Source: a virus. Taken from it: a DNA stretch of 64,000 bases. This document shows positions 50,486 through 60,188 of this stretch, piece by piece. The notes below the pieces were generated by a model that worked only from the letters and a program-made list of their open reading frames with translations, was not told the origin of the DNA and made no database searches. The position numbers were made by a program, and so were the translations under genes. The stretch is taken from positions 1-64,000 of IMG/VR virus record IMGVR_UViG_3300002307_000038; one strand, given 5' to 3'. Each line of letters opens with the position of its first letter. The first letter of the stretch is position 1.

Positions 50486-50751
50486 TGCGTCATAGAAAGA
50501 AACGTGTGGTAGAGGGTAGCTGGTTTAACTTAAACAGTGTAACCAGCCCCACTACTGGTCGTAAACATTATGTGATTAGTGTTAATGCTTATAGGTTACT
50601 AAAGTTAGAAGGCATGAACATAGATGATGTGCGCAATCACTTTGACCCATTTCATAATCGTGGTAGCAAGCTAGGTACTAGTTGGAAGTACAGAGATCGT
50701 AATACGGCAGAACAATTATTAACTATGGCAATCTTAAAGTTTGGGGCATAA
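50485..50751 (+). CDS. Hypothetical protein
   Basis: TAATG coupling. Confidence 0.55.
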   Translation: MRHRKKRVVEGSWFNLNSVTSPTTGRKHYVISVNAYRLLKLEGMNIDDVRNHFDPFHNRGSKLGTSWKYRDRNTAEQLLTMAILKFGA

Positions 50752-50752
50752 C

Positions 50753-51019
50753 ATGGGTGAATTCTATAATAAATACAGACGAATATTCTTTTGGATGGTT
50801 ATTGCAAATGCCTTGATAGTTGTGTTGCAATTAATATTTGCCTACGGCCATTTAATTAAACATGAATGGTTTGGTCTGGCACTTAGTTTATTCTTTGGCG
50901 GTATAAATGCTGTGTGTGCTGTTTATCAATATCGTAATTGGCAACGTGTTAAGCGTGAAGAAAAAGAGTACATGTGGCGAACACTGTCAGAAGATTCAAA
51001 TATTTTAAGGAGGATTTAA
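50753..51019 (+). CDS. Two-TM membrane protein
   Basis: Two hydrophobic segments. Confidence 0.6.
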   Translation: MGEFYNKYRRIFFWMVIANALIVVLQLIFAYGHLIKHEWFGLALSLFFGGINAVCAVYQYRNWQRVKREEKEYMWRTLSEDSNILRRI

Positions 51020-51193
51020 ATGTTAAATAAAATTCGTAATTGGTACTTAGGTAATGAAGCAGAAATCACTTGGTTCTTTATTGGATTGTTTACAGCATTT
51101 TTTATTGTTGACCTAGGTCAGCATGAGTTTTTAAATGCCACAATTGACCTAGCATTGGTTATCATTAATTATATTTTTAGGAAACGTGTATAA
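51020..51193 (+). CDS. Small membrane protein (MLNKIRNWY...), not in ORF track
   Basis: AGGAGG RBS. Confidence 0.6.
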   Translation: MLNKIRNWYLGNEAEITWFFIGLFTAFFIVDLGQHEFLNATIDLALVIINYIFRKRV

Positions 51194-51333
51194 TGAAAAA
51201 TATTGAACTGCGTTGGTATAATGTAGGTACGTATCCAGACAGAGTTGCAGTGTTACAGTATCGTACACTTGACGACAAAGACTGGAGTGAATGGATTGAT
51301 GTCCCTACAGTAGAAGGCCCATCGGATGAATGA
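51193..51333 (+). CDS. Small hypothetical protein (MKNIELRW...LQYR...WIDVPTV)
   Basis: TAATG coupling. Confidence 0.5.
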   Translation: MKNIELRWYNVGTYPDRVAVLQYRTLDDKDWSEWIDVPTVEGPSDE

Positions 51334-51366
51334 ACAAAGAATAGTTTGATCTGTAAATAACTGTAT

Positions 51367-52983
51367 ATGAAAACAGACATCCAAATCAACCAAGCGGCCG
51401 ACTTACTACCTATTACAGTAATTGCTAGTTCTATCAATGTATGGGACGAACAGTTAGAGTTATACGGTAGTAAGAAAGCCAAACTGAATATTGAACAGCT
51501 TGCTGACCGTCCTGATCGTGATAGCAAGTTGATCCTAGTAACAGCGATAACCCCAACGCCCTCGGGTGAAGGTAAGACCACAACAACCATTGGACTGGCA
51601 GACGGCCTACGTAGGTTAAACTACAATAGTATTGTATGTCTACGTGAACCCGCATTAGGTCCTGTGTTTGGCATGAAAGGTGGCGCTACTGGGGGCGGGT
51701 ATGCTCAAGTAGCACCAATGGAAGATATTAACCTACACTTCACAGGTGACTTCCACGCTATAGCATCAGCACACAACCTACTAGCTAGCCTAATTGACAA
51801 TCATCTACATTGGGGTAACAAACTAGGCCTAGACACTAATAATATCACATGGCGCAGAGTTAGTGATATGAACGATCGTGCGTTACGCGACGTTTGTGTA
51901 GGTCTAGGAGCCCATAACAGCGTTACACGTCAGTCAGGATTTGACATTGTTGTAGCGTCAGAAGTAATGGCTATTCTTTGTTTATCTAACGACTTTAAAG
52001 ACCTTAAAAAGCGTTTAGGTAAGATTACAGTTGGTTATACACAGGACAACAAACCTGTTACAGCCAAACAATTAAAGGCACATGGTGCTATGGCAGCCTT
52101 GTTAAAAGATGCTGTTAAACCTAACCTAGTGCAGACCCTAGAAGGCACTCCTGCACTGATACATGGTGGTCCATTTGCCAACATAGCACACGGTTGTAAC
52201 AGTGTTATCGCTACTAAGCTAGGTATGAAGTTAGCTGACTATGTAGTAACAGAAGCTGGCTTTGGCGCCGACCTAGGTGCTGAGAAGTTTATCAACATTA
52301 AGTGCCGTAAAAGCGGTCTTAGACCTGATGTAGTGGTCTTAGTAGCGACTGTTAGAGCAATTAAGTACTGGGTTAACTACGATAACCTAGACAAGCATAT
52401 TGCTAACATTAAAACATGGTATAACCTACCTTGTGTAGTTGCTATTAATCGCTTTGCTGACGACACTGACGAAGATGTTGCTGAGTTAATTGAACACGTT
52501 GGTGATTTAGGAGTTGAAGCTGTAGAGTGTACACACTTTAAAGATGGTGGAGCAGGCGCAGAGGAACTAGCGCACGAAGTTGTTATTGCTATTGATAGAG
52601 CATCTAAAAAGATGGAATTTACCTACGAAGATGATGATACATTACTGAGTAAACTAAACAAAGTAGCCACACGTATCTATAATGCCAGCGGTGTTGATAT
52701 GGATGCTAAAGTAGTAGCACGATTAAATGAACTACAGCAAGACTATGGACATTATCCAATTTGTATTGCTAAAACACAAAGCAGTTTCAGTGATGATCCC
52801 TCAAACAAAGATGCCGCCACAGAGCATCATGTACTAACAGTACGTGAGTTGAGATTGTGTACAGGTGCAGAGTTTATTGTAGCAGTATGCGGTAACATTA
52901 TGACCATGCCAGGACTACCAGAACGACCAAACGCAGAAAAGATTTCAATTGATAAAAATGGTAACATAGAAGGGTTAGACTAA
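51367..52983 (+). CDS. fhs: Formate--tetrahydrofolate ligase
   Basis: [62 protein letters not shown]. Confidence 0.97.
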   Translation: MKTDIQINQAADLLPITVIASSINVWDEQLELYGSKKAKLNIEQLADRPDRDSKLILVTAITPTPSGEGKTTTTIGLADGLRRLNYNSIVCLREPALGPVFGMKGGATGGGYAQVAPMEDINLHFTGDFHAIASAHNLLASLIDNHLHWGNKLGLDTNNITWRRVSDMNDRALRDVCVGLGAHNSVTRQSGFDIVVASEVMAILCLSNDFKDLKKRLGKITVGYTQDNKPVTAKQLKAHGAMAALLKDAVKPNLVQTLEGTPALIHGGPFANIAHGCNSVIATKLGMKLADYVVTEAGFGADLGAEKFINIKCRKSGLRPDVVVLVATVRAIKYWVNYDNLDKHIANIKTWYNLPCVVAINRFADDTDEDVAELIEHVGDLGVEAVECTHFKDGGAGAEELAHEVVIAIDRASKKMEFTYEDDDTLLSKLNKVATRIYNASGVDMDAKVVARLNELQQDYGHYPICIAKTQSSFSDDPSNKDAATEHHVLTVRELRLCTGAEFIVAVCGNIMTMPGLPERPNAEKISIDKNGNIEGLD

Positions 52984-53090
52984 TGAACAGATACAGTTAC
53001 AATTTAGCTATAATTGCCATTACAGCATACATAGTTGGTTTCCTACACTGGAGTCTTTGGTGGTTATTGTTGTTGCTGTTTATAGGTTAA
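52983..53090 (+). CDS. 35-aa hydrophobic peptide
   Basis: TAATG coupling; [35 protein letters not shown]. Confidence 0.5.
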   Translation: MNRYSYNLAIIAITAYIVGFLHWSLWWLLLLLFIG

Positions 53091-53186
53091 TATCAATTTA
53101 AACTGGCCAGTACAATATAGAAGATATATATTTTAGTAGTAACCCGGCACACTTTCGCACTGTCTAGCTCCTAGTGTGCAGGCTTC

Positions 53187-53218
53187 AGACCCGTGTAGTA
53201 ATACATGGGTCTTTTTTT
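53187..53218 (+). terminator. Rho-independent terminator
   Basis: AGACCCGTGTA-GTAA-TACATGGGTCT + T run. Confidence 0.85.
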
Positions 53219-53221
53219 CTG

Positions 53222-53250
53222 TTGACAATCACGATTTGATAAGGTATAAT
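53222..53250 (+). promoter_or_regulatory. sigma70-type promoter, leaderless
   Basis: TTGACA-17-TATAAT, ATG 6 nt downstream. Confidence 0.8.
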
Positions 53251-53256
53251 AGTAAT

Positions 53257-54378
53257 ATGCTAATCTTTCAACACGTCGAAGACTACCTAGAATACCTTGC
53301 AGGATATGAGGTAGGAGTCAATTCATTATTCATGCCACAACAAGTTGGCCGCATTAGTTTAGCTCGTTATGATGTACAGATTGTTAACAGTATGAGTTCG
53401 CATACCTTAATGGGTGGTGCATTGACTGACCGTCAGGCAGAACTAGCACTTAAACTAATTGTAAAATATCGAAGACAATTTGCCAAATTGGGCGTTGAAG
53501 TTCTTGTTGATCAAACACCAAAATTTCGCTTACCTATACGACAAATTGATCGTATGAAACTAGTTTGGTTAGATGGTGACAAAATTGGAGTCAGATTTCC
53601 CTACGACGGTGTCCTGATTAAAGAAATACAAACATATAGAGATAAAAGTCAGGGTACAGTACACTTTGACCGTGATAGTAAAATATGGCATTTGGGTATG
53701 ACCGAACAGAATCTCAATTGGGCTGTGGCCTGGGGTGAAGTAATGGGTTTTGAAATTACCAAAGAGATTAGAGATTTGTTTATGCTGATCATCAAATGTG
53801 AACAAACACCATATGCAATTAAACTTATTCAAGAAGGTAATGTCTATACTATTACTAATGCTGCACCTAGTCTGATTGAATACATTGAAACTAACTATGG
53901 CGGCTTTGGGCTAGACAACACAACACGCTTAATTGATCTATCGGGGTCATTGGGTTATGAAATAGATGACAGTATCCTAGCAGATGCAGAGGCACCGCTA
54001 CGGTATATTAGTACCAGACATAGCGTACACCTACAACCTAGTGATGACAATTTAGATATGATTTATGATTATGCAGAAATTACTGACAGATATCCTATTT
54101 GCATTTACAATCCTACACTAATTGATTTAGATTTAAGTAGATTTAACGAAGAAGAGATAGTTAGATTTGATCGTAATGGTAAAACAAAGACTAGCGAATA
54201 TGATCCATATCGTGTTAAAGTAGTGTATGCTCAGAAGATTCCATCAACTTGGGATTTTCCTGTGCCTCTAATGGTAACAACATTTGAAATGATGTATGGT
54301 GGTAAGAAAATGGAATGGACTCAACGAGCAGAAAAGATAATCCATTATGTATCAACACAATTAAGAGAAACTAACTAA
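53257..54378 (+). CDS. Hypothetical phage protein (start reassigned to MLIFQH)
   Basis: Upstream part of track ORF overlaps terminator/promoter. Confidence 0.75.
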   Translation: MLIFQHVEDYLEYLAGYEVGVNSLFMPQQVGRISLARYDVQIVNSMSSHTLMGGALTDRQAELALKLIVKYRRQFAKLGVEVLVDQTPKFRLPIRQIDRMKLVWLDGDKIGVRFPYDGVLIKEIQTYRDKSQGTVHFDRDSKIWHLGMTEQNLNWAVAWGEVMGFEITKEIRDLFMLIIKCEQTPYAIKLIQEGNVYTITNAAPSLIEYIETNYGGFGLDNTTRLIDLSGSLGYEIDDSILADAEAPLRYISTRHSVHLQPSDDNLDMIYDYAEITDRYPICIYNPTLIDLDLSRFNEEEIVRFDRNGKTKTSEYDPYRVKVVYAQKIPSTWDFPVPLMVTTFEMMYGGKKMEWTQRAEKIIHYVSTQLRETN

Positions 54379-55001
54379 TGGCGTTGTTTATGTGCTTCAG
54401 ATATTTTTCTTTTAGTTTCTTCAGATAATCGTTTACCCAAATTTGCTTTTCTAATATTTTCAGCATGTTCTTTAGATTTAGGTTTGCGCATCTTCTGTTT
54501 AGTTTCTTCAGATAGTATTTTACCCATATGGGCTTGACTAATTTGTTGTTTTTCTTCTTCAGTGCGAGGTCGTTTTTTCTTTCCTAAATTAGATAAAGAT
54601 GATTTTAGTCTAGACTCAGCTGAAACAACTCTTCCTAAACCATACGTATTTCCTTTTAATGCTTCGCTTCTTGCTTGTGAAACTTGTTTACGTATAAATT
54701 CATATTGTCTGGAATTTAACCTAATTCTTTCTTGATTATTTTTACTAGTTCTACGAAATGAATTCAAAGCAAATTGCATTTTTCTTTTAAGTAATTTATC
54801 ATTGATCATTTTAATCAAAAGTAGATGACAGATGTAATGTTCTTTAGCAGTAAGTCTAGCGAGATTGGCTTTTGAATTATCTCCGCCTAAACTTTTAGGG
54901 ATGATATGATGGTTTTCTGTATATATTTCTTTTGGTAAAATTCTTTTTTGATCGACAATATTAAAATACCATCGTGTGTATTTGTTGTTTATAAATATCA
55001 T
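54375..55001 (-). CDS. Free-standing HNH homing endonuclease with NUMOD3-like repeats
   Basis: E.HHIIPKSLGG....NL..LT..EH.ICH.LL; GK.LSEETK.K repeats. Confidence 0.85.
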   Translation of the reverse strand: MIFINNKYTRWYFNIVDQKRILPKEIYTENHHIIPKSLGGDNSKANLARLTAKEHYICHLLLIKMINDKLLKRKMQFALNSFRRTSKNNQERIRLNSRQYEFIRKQVSQARSEALKGNTYGLGRVVSAESRLKSSLSNLGKKKRPRTEEEKQQISQAHMGKILSEETKQKMRKPKSKEHAENIRKANLGKRLSEETKRKISEAHKQRH

Positions 55002-55069
55002 TGCTGACATAGTCCTTTTATGTTAGGGTAGTTGGGAACGCCAATTCCGCGAACTACACATTTATTTAT
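55002..55069 (-). promoter_or_regulatory. Late promoter plus conserved two-hairpin leader of HNH gene (copy 1)
   Basis: ATAAATA-5 nt-GTAGTTCGCGGAATTGGCGTTCCCAACTAC-CCTA-ACATA aaaggac TATGT-CAGCA-ATG. Confidence 0.8.
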
Positions 55070-55125
55070 CACTTTCTATTGACAACTATAACTCTTATGC
55101 TATAATATGTTATAAGGATAACATT

Positions 55126-56583
55126 ATGGCTCTATGTCGTATCATCATTAAAGATGAAGTAAATTGTAAATTAGAAGGACTTGACTTATTAGATAGAAAA
55201 TATCTAGTGGATAAGTTCAAATATGAAATCCCAGGTGCTAGATACTTACCAGCAGTTCGTCTAGGCCGTTGGGATGGTCGCGTAGCATTTGCTCAAATGG
55301 GCGGTAGCACCTATGTTAATCTATTGCCAGAAATATTGCCCTACTTAGATGAACGTGGATATGATATTGAACTAGAAGATCTACGTGATTACCAAACACA
55401 GTTTTCGTTTACAGAAGTAACAGAAGCTACATTTGCACATAAGAATTGGCCTGCTAAACACCCAATGGCAGGACAACCGGTGGTACTTAGAGATTATCAA
55501 ATTGAAATTATTAACAAATTTCTAGCTAATCCACAATGTCTACAGGAAATTGCCACAGGCGCAGGTAAGACACTGATTACAGCCGCATTAAGTTATACAT
55601 GCGAACCATATGGACGTACAATTGTTATTGTCCCTAACAAATCATTAGTAACTCAAACAGAAGCAGACTACATCAACTTAGGCTTAGATGTGGGTGTGTA
55701 CTTTGGTGATCGTAAAGAGTTTGGCAAGACACATACTATCTGTACTTGGCAGAGTCTAAACATTCTACTCAAAGGTAGTAGAACACAGGAAGTAGACATT
55801 ACCATAGGTGAGTTTCTTCAAGATGTTGTCTGTGTTATGGTTGACGAAGTACACATGGCCAAAGCAGATGCGCTTAAAACTCTGTTGACTGGGGTAATGA
55901 GTCAGATACCTATTAGGTGGGGATTAACCGGCACAATTCCCAAGGAAGATTACGAATTTGTCAGCCTAAAGTGTTCAATTGGAGACGTTATTGGCCGGTT
56001 AAGTGCCAGTGAATTACAAGACCAGGGTGTACTATCACAGTGTCATGTAAACGTTGTTCAATTGGCAGATCATGTAGAATATAAAGATTATCAAAGTGAA
56101 CTACGCTATCTATTAGAAACTGATGCAAGATTAGACTACATTGCACAGCTAGTAGAACGCATACGTAAAACAGGTAATACCTTGGTCCTTGTTGACCGTA
56201 TTGCACCAGGTAAGGCCCTGTTAGAAAAGATTAATGGTGCAGTGTTTGTGTCTGGAGGCACTAAAGCAGATGATAGAAAAGAAAGCTATGACGAGTTTGC
56301 GACTAGTGATGACGTGGTTGCTATTGCCACTTACGGTGTCGCTGCTGTTGGTATCAATATTCCTCGTATTTTTAACCTTGTGCTCATTGAGCCTGGCAAG
56401 AGTTTTGTTAGGGTCATCCAATCTATTGGACGTGGCATTCGTAAAGCGGAAGACAAAGACTTCGTACAGATCTGGGACATAACCAGTACCTGTAAGTTTG
56501 CCAAAAGGCATTTAACCAAACGTAAACAATTTTATAAGGATGCAAACTATCCATTCGCAGTTGAAAAGACGGAGTGGCAATAA
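55126..56583 (+). CDS. uvsW: SF2 helicase UvsW-like
   Basis: LRDYQ, ATGAGKT, DEVH, GLTGT, QSIGRGIR; N-terminal WDG motif. Confidence 0.9.
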   Translation: MALCRIIIKDEVNCKLEGLDLLDRKYLVDKFKYEIPGARYLPAVRLGRWDGRVAFAQMGGSTYVNLLPEILPYLDERGYDIELEDLRDYQTQFSFTEVTEATFAHKNWPAKHPMAGQPVVLRDYQIEIINKFLANPQCLQEIATGAGKTLITAALSYTCEPYGRTIVIVPNKSLVTQTEADYINLGLDVGVYFGDRKEFGKTHTICTWQSLNILLKGSRTQEVDITIGEFLQDVVCVMVDEVHMAKADALKTLLTGVMSQIPIRWGLTGTIPKEDYEFVSLKCSIGDVIGRLSASELQDQGVLSQCHVNVVQLADHVEYKDYQSELRYLLETDARLDYIAQLVERIRKTGNTLVLVDRIAPGKALLEKINGAVFVSGGTKADDRKESYDEFATSDDVVAIATYGVAAVGINIPRIFNLVLIEPGKSFVRVIQSIGRGIRKAEDKDFVQIWDITSTCKFAKRHLTKRKQFYKDANYPFAVEKTEWQ

Positions 56584-56586
56584 ACT

Positions 56587-57087
56587 ATGTACATACTAAC
56601 ACTTGAAAACCAAGCATATGAAATGAATGAGATTCCAGATGAAGTTGAGGATCTACGCTTTGCTATATTAGACAACAGTGACCCAAAGAATCCAGACTAC
56701 TTCTTCATACCGTTAATCTTTTTAGAAAGTTTTAACAGTCCGGCATTAGTATTAAACATTGGCGGCAACATTGTTAAAATGCCTGTGGATTGGCAGGTGC
56801 TTATTGGCGAACCGGACTTTGGTGACCTAGAGGTTATTCCACTTACATCGATTAATGATCGTGGCTTTAGTGTGTTTACGTTTAATCCGTTGGGTAGCTT
56901 TAAACCAGAGTTTCACCCTGTAGAAATTGTAGACATTTACCAAGATGTTAAATGGTACTTCCCTAAACTACGCCCGGGGCAGATGCTAGCAGTTCCAATT
57001 GCAGAAGGTGACAAACCTATGTGTGCCTACTTTGTTAAAGATATCAGTCGTCAAAGTGAAGTGGTAGACTATAGTAAAATCTGGTAA
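56587..57087 (+). CDS. Hypothetical phage protein
   Basis: ORF in replication operon. Confidence 0.75.
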   Translation: MYILTLENQAYEMNEIPDEVEDLRFAILDNSDPKNPDYFFIPLIFLESFNSPALVLNIGGNIVKMPVDWQVLIGEPDFGDLEVIPLTSINDRGFSVFTFNPLGSFKPEFHPVEIVDIYQDVKWYFPKLRPGQMLAVPIAEGDKPMCAYFVKDISRQSEVVDYSKIW

Positions 57088-57353
57088 TGAGTCTAGTTAA
57101 ACGTATAACTGAGTACACTGTTTTTGAAGATCCAAATGGATTTGAAACAGTGTATATTAAACTACCCGGTGAAGAGATGCGCGAGCTATCGGTTGAAACC
57201 AGTGATGATGTAGATAAGATTGCAGAAATCAAACAGAATAAACTTTGGGGTGAAATTCGTCGAGCAGCTAAGTCAAATAGTGCTTTACAAAATGCTCTTG
57301 ATCAATGTATAATTATATATAAGCTCATTGAGGAACATGACGATGGCATTTAA
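57087..57353 (+). CDS. Hypothetical protein
   Basis: Coupled ORF. Confidence 0.65.
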   Translation: MSLVKRITEYTVFEDPNGFETVYIKLPGEEMRELSVETSDDVDKIAEIKQNKLWGEIRRAAKSNSALQNALDQCIIIYKLIEEHDDGI

Positions 57354-57582
57354 TCCAAAACAATTTAAACAAAAGAAGAAGCGTGCAGTTGACCCAAATG
57401 CACCACCAAGACCTAACCTATTAAGTCAAGACAAAAAGCTACGTGAAGCGCAGTCGATCATCGAAGATCTACAAGCACGTGTGCGCAGTCAAGGTGCAGA
57501 GATCGACACACTAAAAGCTGGTTATAGAGATATGCAGACTAGTATATCACAGATGATTAACTATCTTAGAAAGGGCAAATAA
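57343..57582 (+). CDS. Hypothetical coiled-coil protein
   Basis: GAGGA RBS; basic N-terminus then coiled coil. Confidence 0.65.
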   Translation: MAFNPKQFKQKKKRAVDPNAPPRPNLLSQDKKLREAQSIIEDLQARVRSQGAEIDTLKAGYRDMQTSISQMINYLRKGK

Positions 57583-58058
57583 TGGCCGCAGACTATAACG
57601 ACCCATTATATATTGGCAACGAAATGGCTGCATTTGATCGCAAAGATCGTGCATACTATGATAAGTTTACAGATGAGCAGAAGAAAAAGTTCAGTACATT
57701 CTTAATGCTAAAATATGGTCCTAGTGTCAGCGGTAACAGCGACATGCAGGCCTACTATCTAATGGCCACAAATGAACGTGTTAACAAGAACTTCTTTGAT
57801 CTAAACAAACACACGAAACTACAATGGTTATTGTGTACTACTGTTAGTCCAAACATGGGCAAACAGAATCACTATTGGCTAGCCGCTAAGAAGAAAGACG
57901 GTAGTGACAACAAAGCAGTTAAGTTCTTAACTAAACTGTATCCTGATATGAAAACTGATGAAATAGAGTTATTGGCGAAGATAAATGATAAACGAGATCT
58001 TACAGACATGGCGCGAAAACTCGGATACGATGACAAACAACTCAAAGCCGAGCTATAA
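57582..58058 (+). CDS. Hypothetical, possibly gp62-like clamp-loader small subunit
   Basis: FS.FLM..Y...NE..N...QW.L...H.W pattern loosely like gp62. Confidence 0.4.
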   Translation: MAADYNDPLYIGNEMAAFDRKDRAYYDKFTDEQKKKFSTFLMLKYGPSVSGNSDMQAYYLMATNERVNKNFFDLNKHTKLQWLLCTTVSPNMGKQNHYWLAAKKKDGSDNKAVKFLTKLYPDMKTDEIELLAKINDKRDLTDMARKLGYDDKQLKAEL

Positions 58059-58731
58059 ATGCAAGTACTGTGACAAAGAGTTCCGCAAAGAAAGTAGTCT
58101 TGCGGTGCATCTCTGCGAGGTAAAACGTCGCTGGAAGGAAGAACGAGAAACAGGTGTACAGTTTGGACTTCAAGCGTATCTACGTTTCTATGAAATGACA
58201 CAGGGTTCTGCAAAGATGAAGTCATACGCAGACTTTGTAGCTAGTCCTTATTATCGGGCATTTGTTAAGTTTGGTCGCCATATGGTAGCCATACGTGCAG
58301 TTAACCCTAAAGTGTTTATTGATTGGGTTATTAAAGAAAACAAAAAGATTGACCATTGGTGTCATGAAGCCATATACTTAGAATATCTTAAAGGATATAT
58401 GCGCAAAGAAGCAGTACAGGACGCACTAGAACGTGCGCTAAAGGAGATGCAGGATTATGCTGACAGTCATCCAGAGCTTAAGGGTGGGTTTAGTGACTAT
58501 TTTAGATATGGCAATACAAATCGTATTTGCCATCATATTGTCAATGGTAGGGTTAGTCCTTGGATTGTCTTTAACTGTGATTCGGGCGTGGCATTTCTTG
58601 AATCGCTTAGTGACGAGCAGGTAGCCATAGTACTACCATGGATAGATCCGGACTTTTGGCAACGTAAATTCCAAGACTATCTAGCAGATAGTGAATGGGT
58701 TAAACAAATATTAAAGGCAGCAAACTTATAA
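57985..58731 (+). CDS. Zn-finger-containing hypothetical protein
   Basis: YKCKYCDKEF.KE..L.VHLC. Confidence 0.7.
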   Translation: MINEILQTWRENSDTMTNNSKPSYKCKYCDKEFRKESSLAVHLCEVKRRWKEERETGVQFGLQAYLRFYEMTQGSAKMKSYADFVASPYYRAFVKFGRHMVAIRAVNPKVFIDWVIKENKKIDHWCHEAIYLEYLKGYMRKEAVQDALERALKEMQDYADSHPELKGGFSDYFRYGNTNRICHHIVNGRVSPWIVFNCDSGVAFLESLSDEQVAIVLPWIDPDFWQRKFQDYLADSEWVKQILKAANL

Positions 58732-58919
58732 TGGAATTAACTGAACTAGCAGAGATGATTACAGAACTCAGAGGTGATATGTTAATGCTACGTAATGACA
58801 TATTATTAATATCACATGATATTACACAGCTTAGACAGCAAATGGATAAGATTGAACAGGCAGTAGATCAAGCTAACGAACCACCAGACTCGACTAATTG
58901 GGTAGTAGAGAAATTCTAA
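58731..58919 (+). CDS. Small coiled-coil protein
   Basis: Coupled ORF. Confidence 0.55.
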   Translation: MELTELAEMITELRGDMLMLRNDILLISHDITQLRQQMDKIEQAVDQANEPPDSTNWVVEKF

Positions 58920-59506
58920 TGAAATTTAAAAGCGATATTGACATAGACTTTGCAGACCGTGATGAAGTAATTAAATTACTTGACGTTATCCCTGCAAGTA
59001 TATTGCGTGATGGTTCCTTGGTCAAACACAACACAGGTGTTTATGCTACCGATATACCTATAGATCCATTCAGTGGTCAAGCAAGTTTAGATCATAATCT
59101 TGCCGAAGAGCGTGGTTATATTAAATTAGACTTTCTTAATGTAAACTTATACAAACAAGTTAGAGATGAAGCACACCTGGTTGAACTGATGCGTGAGCCA
59201 GACTGGGCTAAGTTATATGACCCGGATATCTGTAGTAAACTAATGCACGTTAATGGGCATTACAATACATTAATTCAGTGTCCAGAACCAGTTAATTCTA
59301 TTCCACGACTAGCTATGTTTTTAGCTATTATACGACCCGGAAAGAGACATCTAATAGGCTTGCCCTGGGCAGAAGTTGCTAAAACTATTTGGGACAAACC
59401 TGAAGACGGAAGTTATGCTTTTAAGAAAAGTCATAGTTGTGCATATTCACAGTTAGTTGTGGTTCATATGAATCTACTAGAAGAAAATACTAGAGCGGAG
59501 ATTTGA
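58919..59506 (+). CDS. Minimal DNA polymerase III alpha (DnaE)-like catalytic-core protein
   Basis: DIDIDF, KH.TGVY, KLDFL, A..RPG, YAFKKSH..AY in C-family order. Confidence 0.8.
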   Translation: MKFKSDIDIDFADRDEVIKLLDVIPASILRDGSLVKHNTGVYATDIPIDPFSGQASLDHNLAEERGYIKLDFLNVNLYKQVRDEAHLVELMREPDWAKLYDPDICSKLMHVNGHYNTLIQCPEPVNSIPRLAMFLAIIRPGKRHLIGLPWAEVAKTIWDKPEDGSYAFKKSHSCAYSQLVVVHMNLLEENTRAEI

Positions 59507-60188
59507 GTACTTTCCAATTTTTACATTTTCCTCGGGTAGGAATTTTTCCATTTGCTATTCCAGCAATAGTATTATATCGTAAAGAATGTTCTAAACAAAA
59601 ATCAACAAGCCCGCCAATAAATTCATAATATTTGCCATCGGGCGATACTAAAGTCCACTGTTTAGACATTCTATTTTTCTCGCCAGTTTCTGCTTGTTTT
59701 TGTTCAGAACGTAGTTTCTTCAGTCTTGCTACGGTATTACTATCGTATAACTCTTCGTATGTTTTGCCTTTACGAATGCTACTTTGTAATTTTTTTGTTT
59801 CCTCTGATCGTTTCGTTCCATATGCGTGATGCGACGATCCTTTAACCTGAGACATAGCATTTGATTTTTCTTTTCTTAACAATTCGTAAATTTTAGACGT
59901 TGTTTTATAACGTTGTTGTCCTTTACCCACAACATTAGCCATTAACCAGGCAGCGTGTGCCATTTTTCTTTTTGAGATACCATCTGTTATTTTAACAAGT
60001 AGGCAATGGCATATGAAATGTTCGCGGCCAGTTAAATTTACAAGATTTTCTTTTGTATCATTTCCGCCTAAACTTTTAGGGATAATGTGGTGTTTTTCTG
60101 TGTAGGTATTTTTGTTTAATGATCTTGTTTGAGCATTAGAAATAATGCTATAATAAATGCGTGTGTATTTGTTCTGAATAAATATCAT
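59490..60188 (-). CDS. Free-standing HNH homing endonuclease (paralog of 54375-55001)
   Basis: MIFIQNKYTR...E.HHIIPKSLGG....NL..LT.REHFICH.LL; RSEETKK. Confidence 0.85.
   Translation of the reverse strand: MIFIQNKYTRIYYSIISNAQTRSLNKNTYTEKHHIIPKSLGGNDTKENLVNLTGREHFICHCLLVKITDGISKRKMAHAAWLMANVVGKGQQRYKTTSKIYELLRKEKSNAMSQVKGSSHHAYGTKRSEETKKLQSSIRKGKTYEELYDSNTVARLKKLRSEQKQAETGEKNRMSKQWTLVSPDGKYYEFIGGLVDFCLEHSLRYNTIAGIANGKIPTRGKCKNWKVLKSPL

Noticed and set aside
53176-53256. Track start of the 400-aa ORF
   Set aside because: Overlaps a terminator and promoter; ATG at 53257 is more plausible
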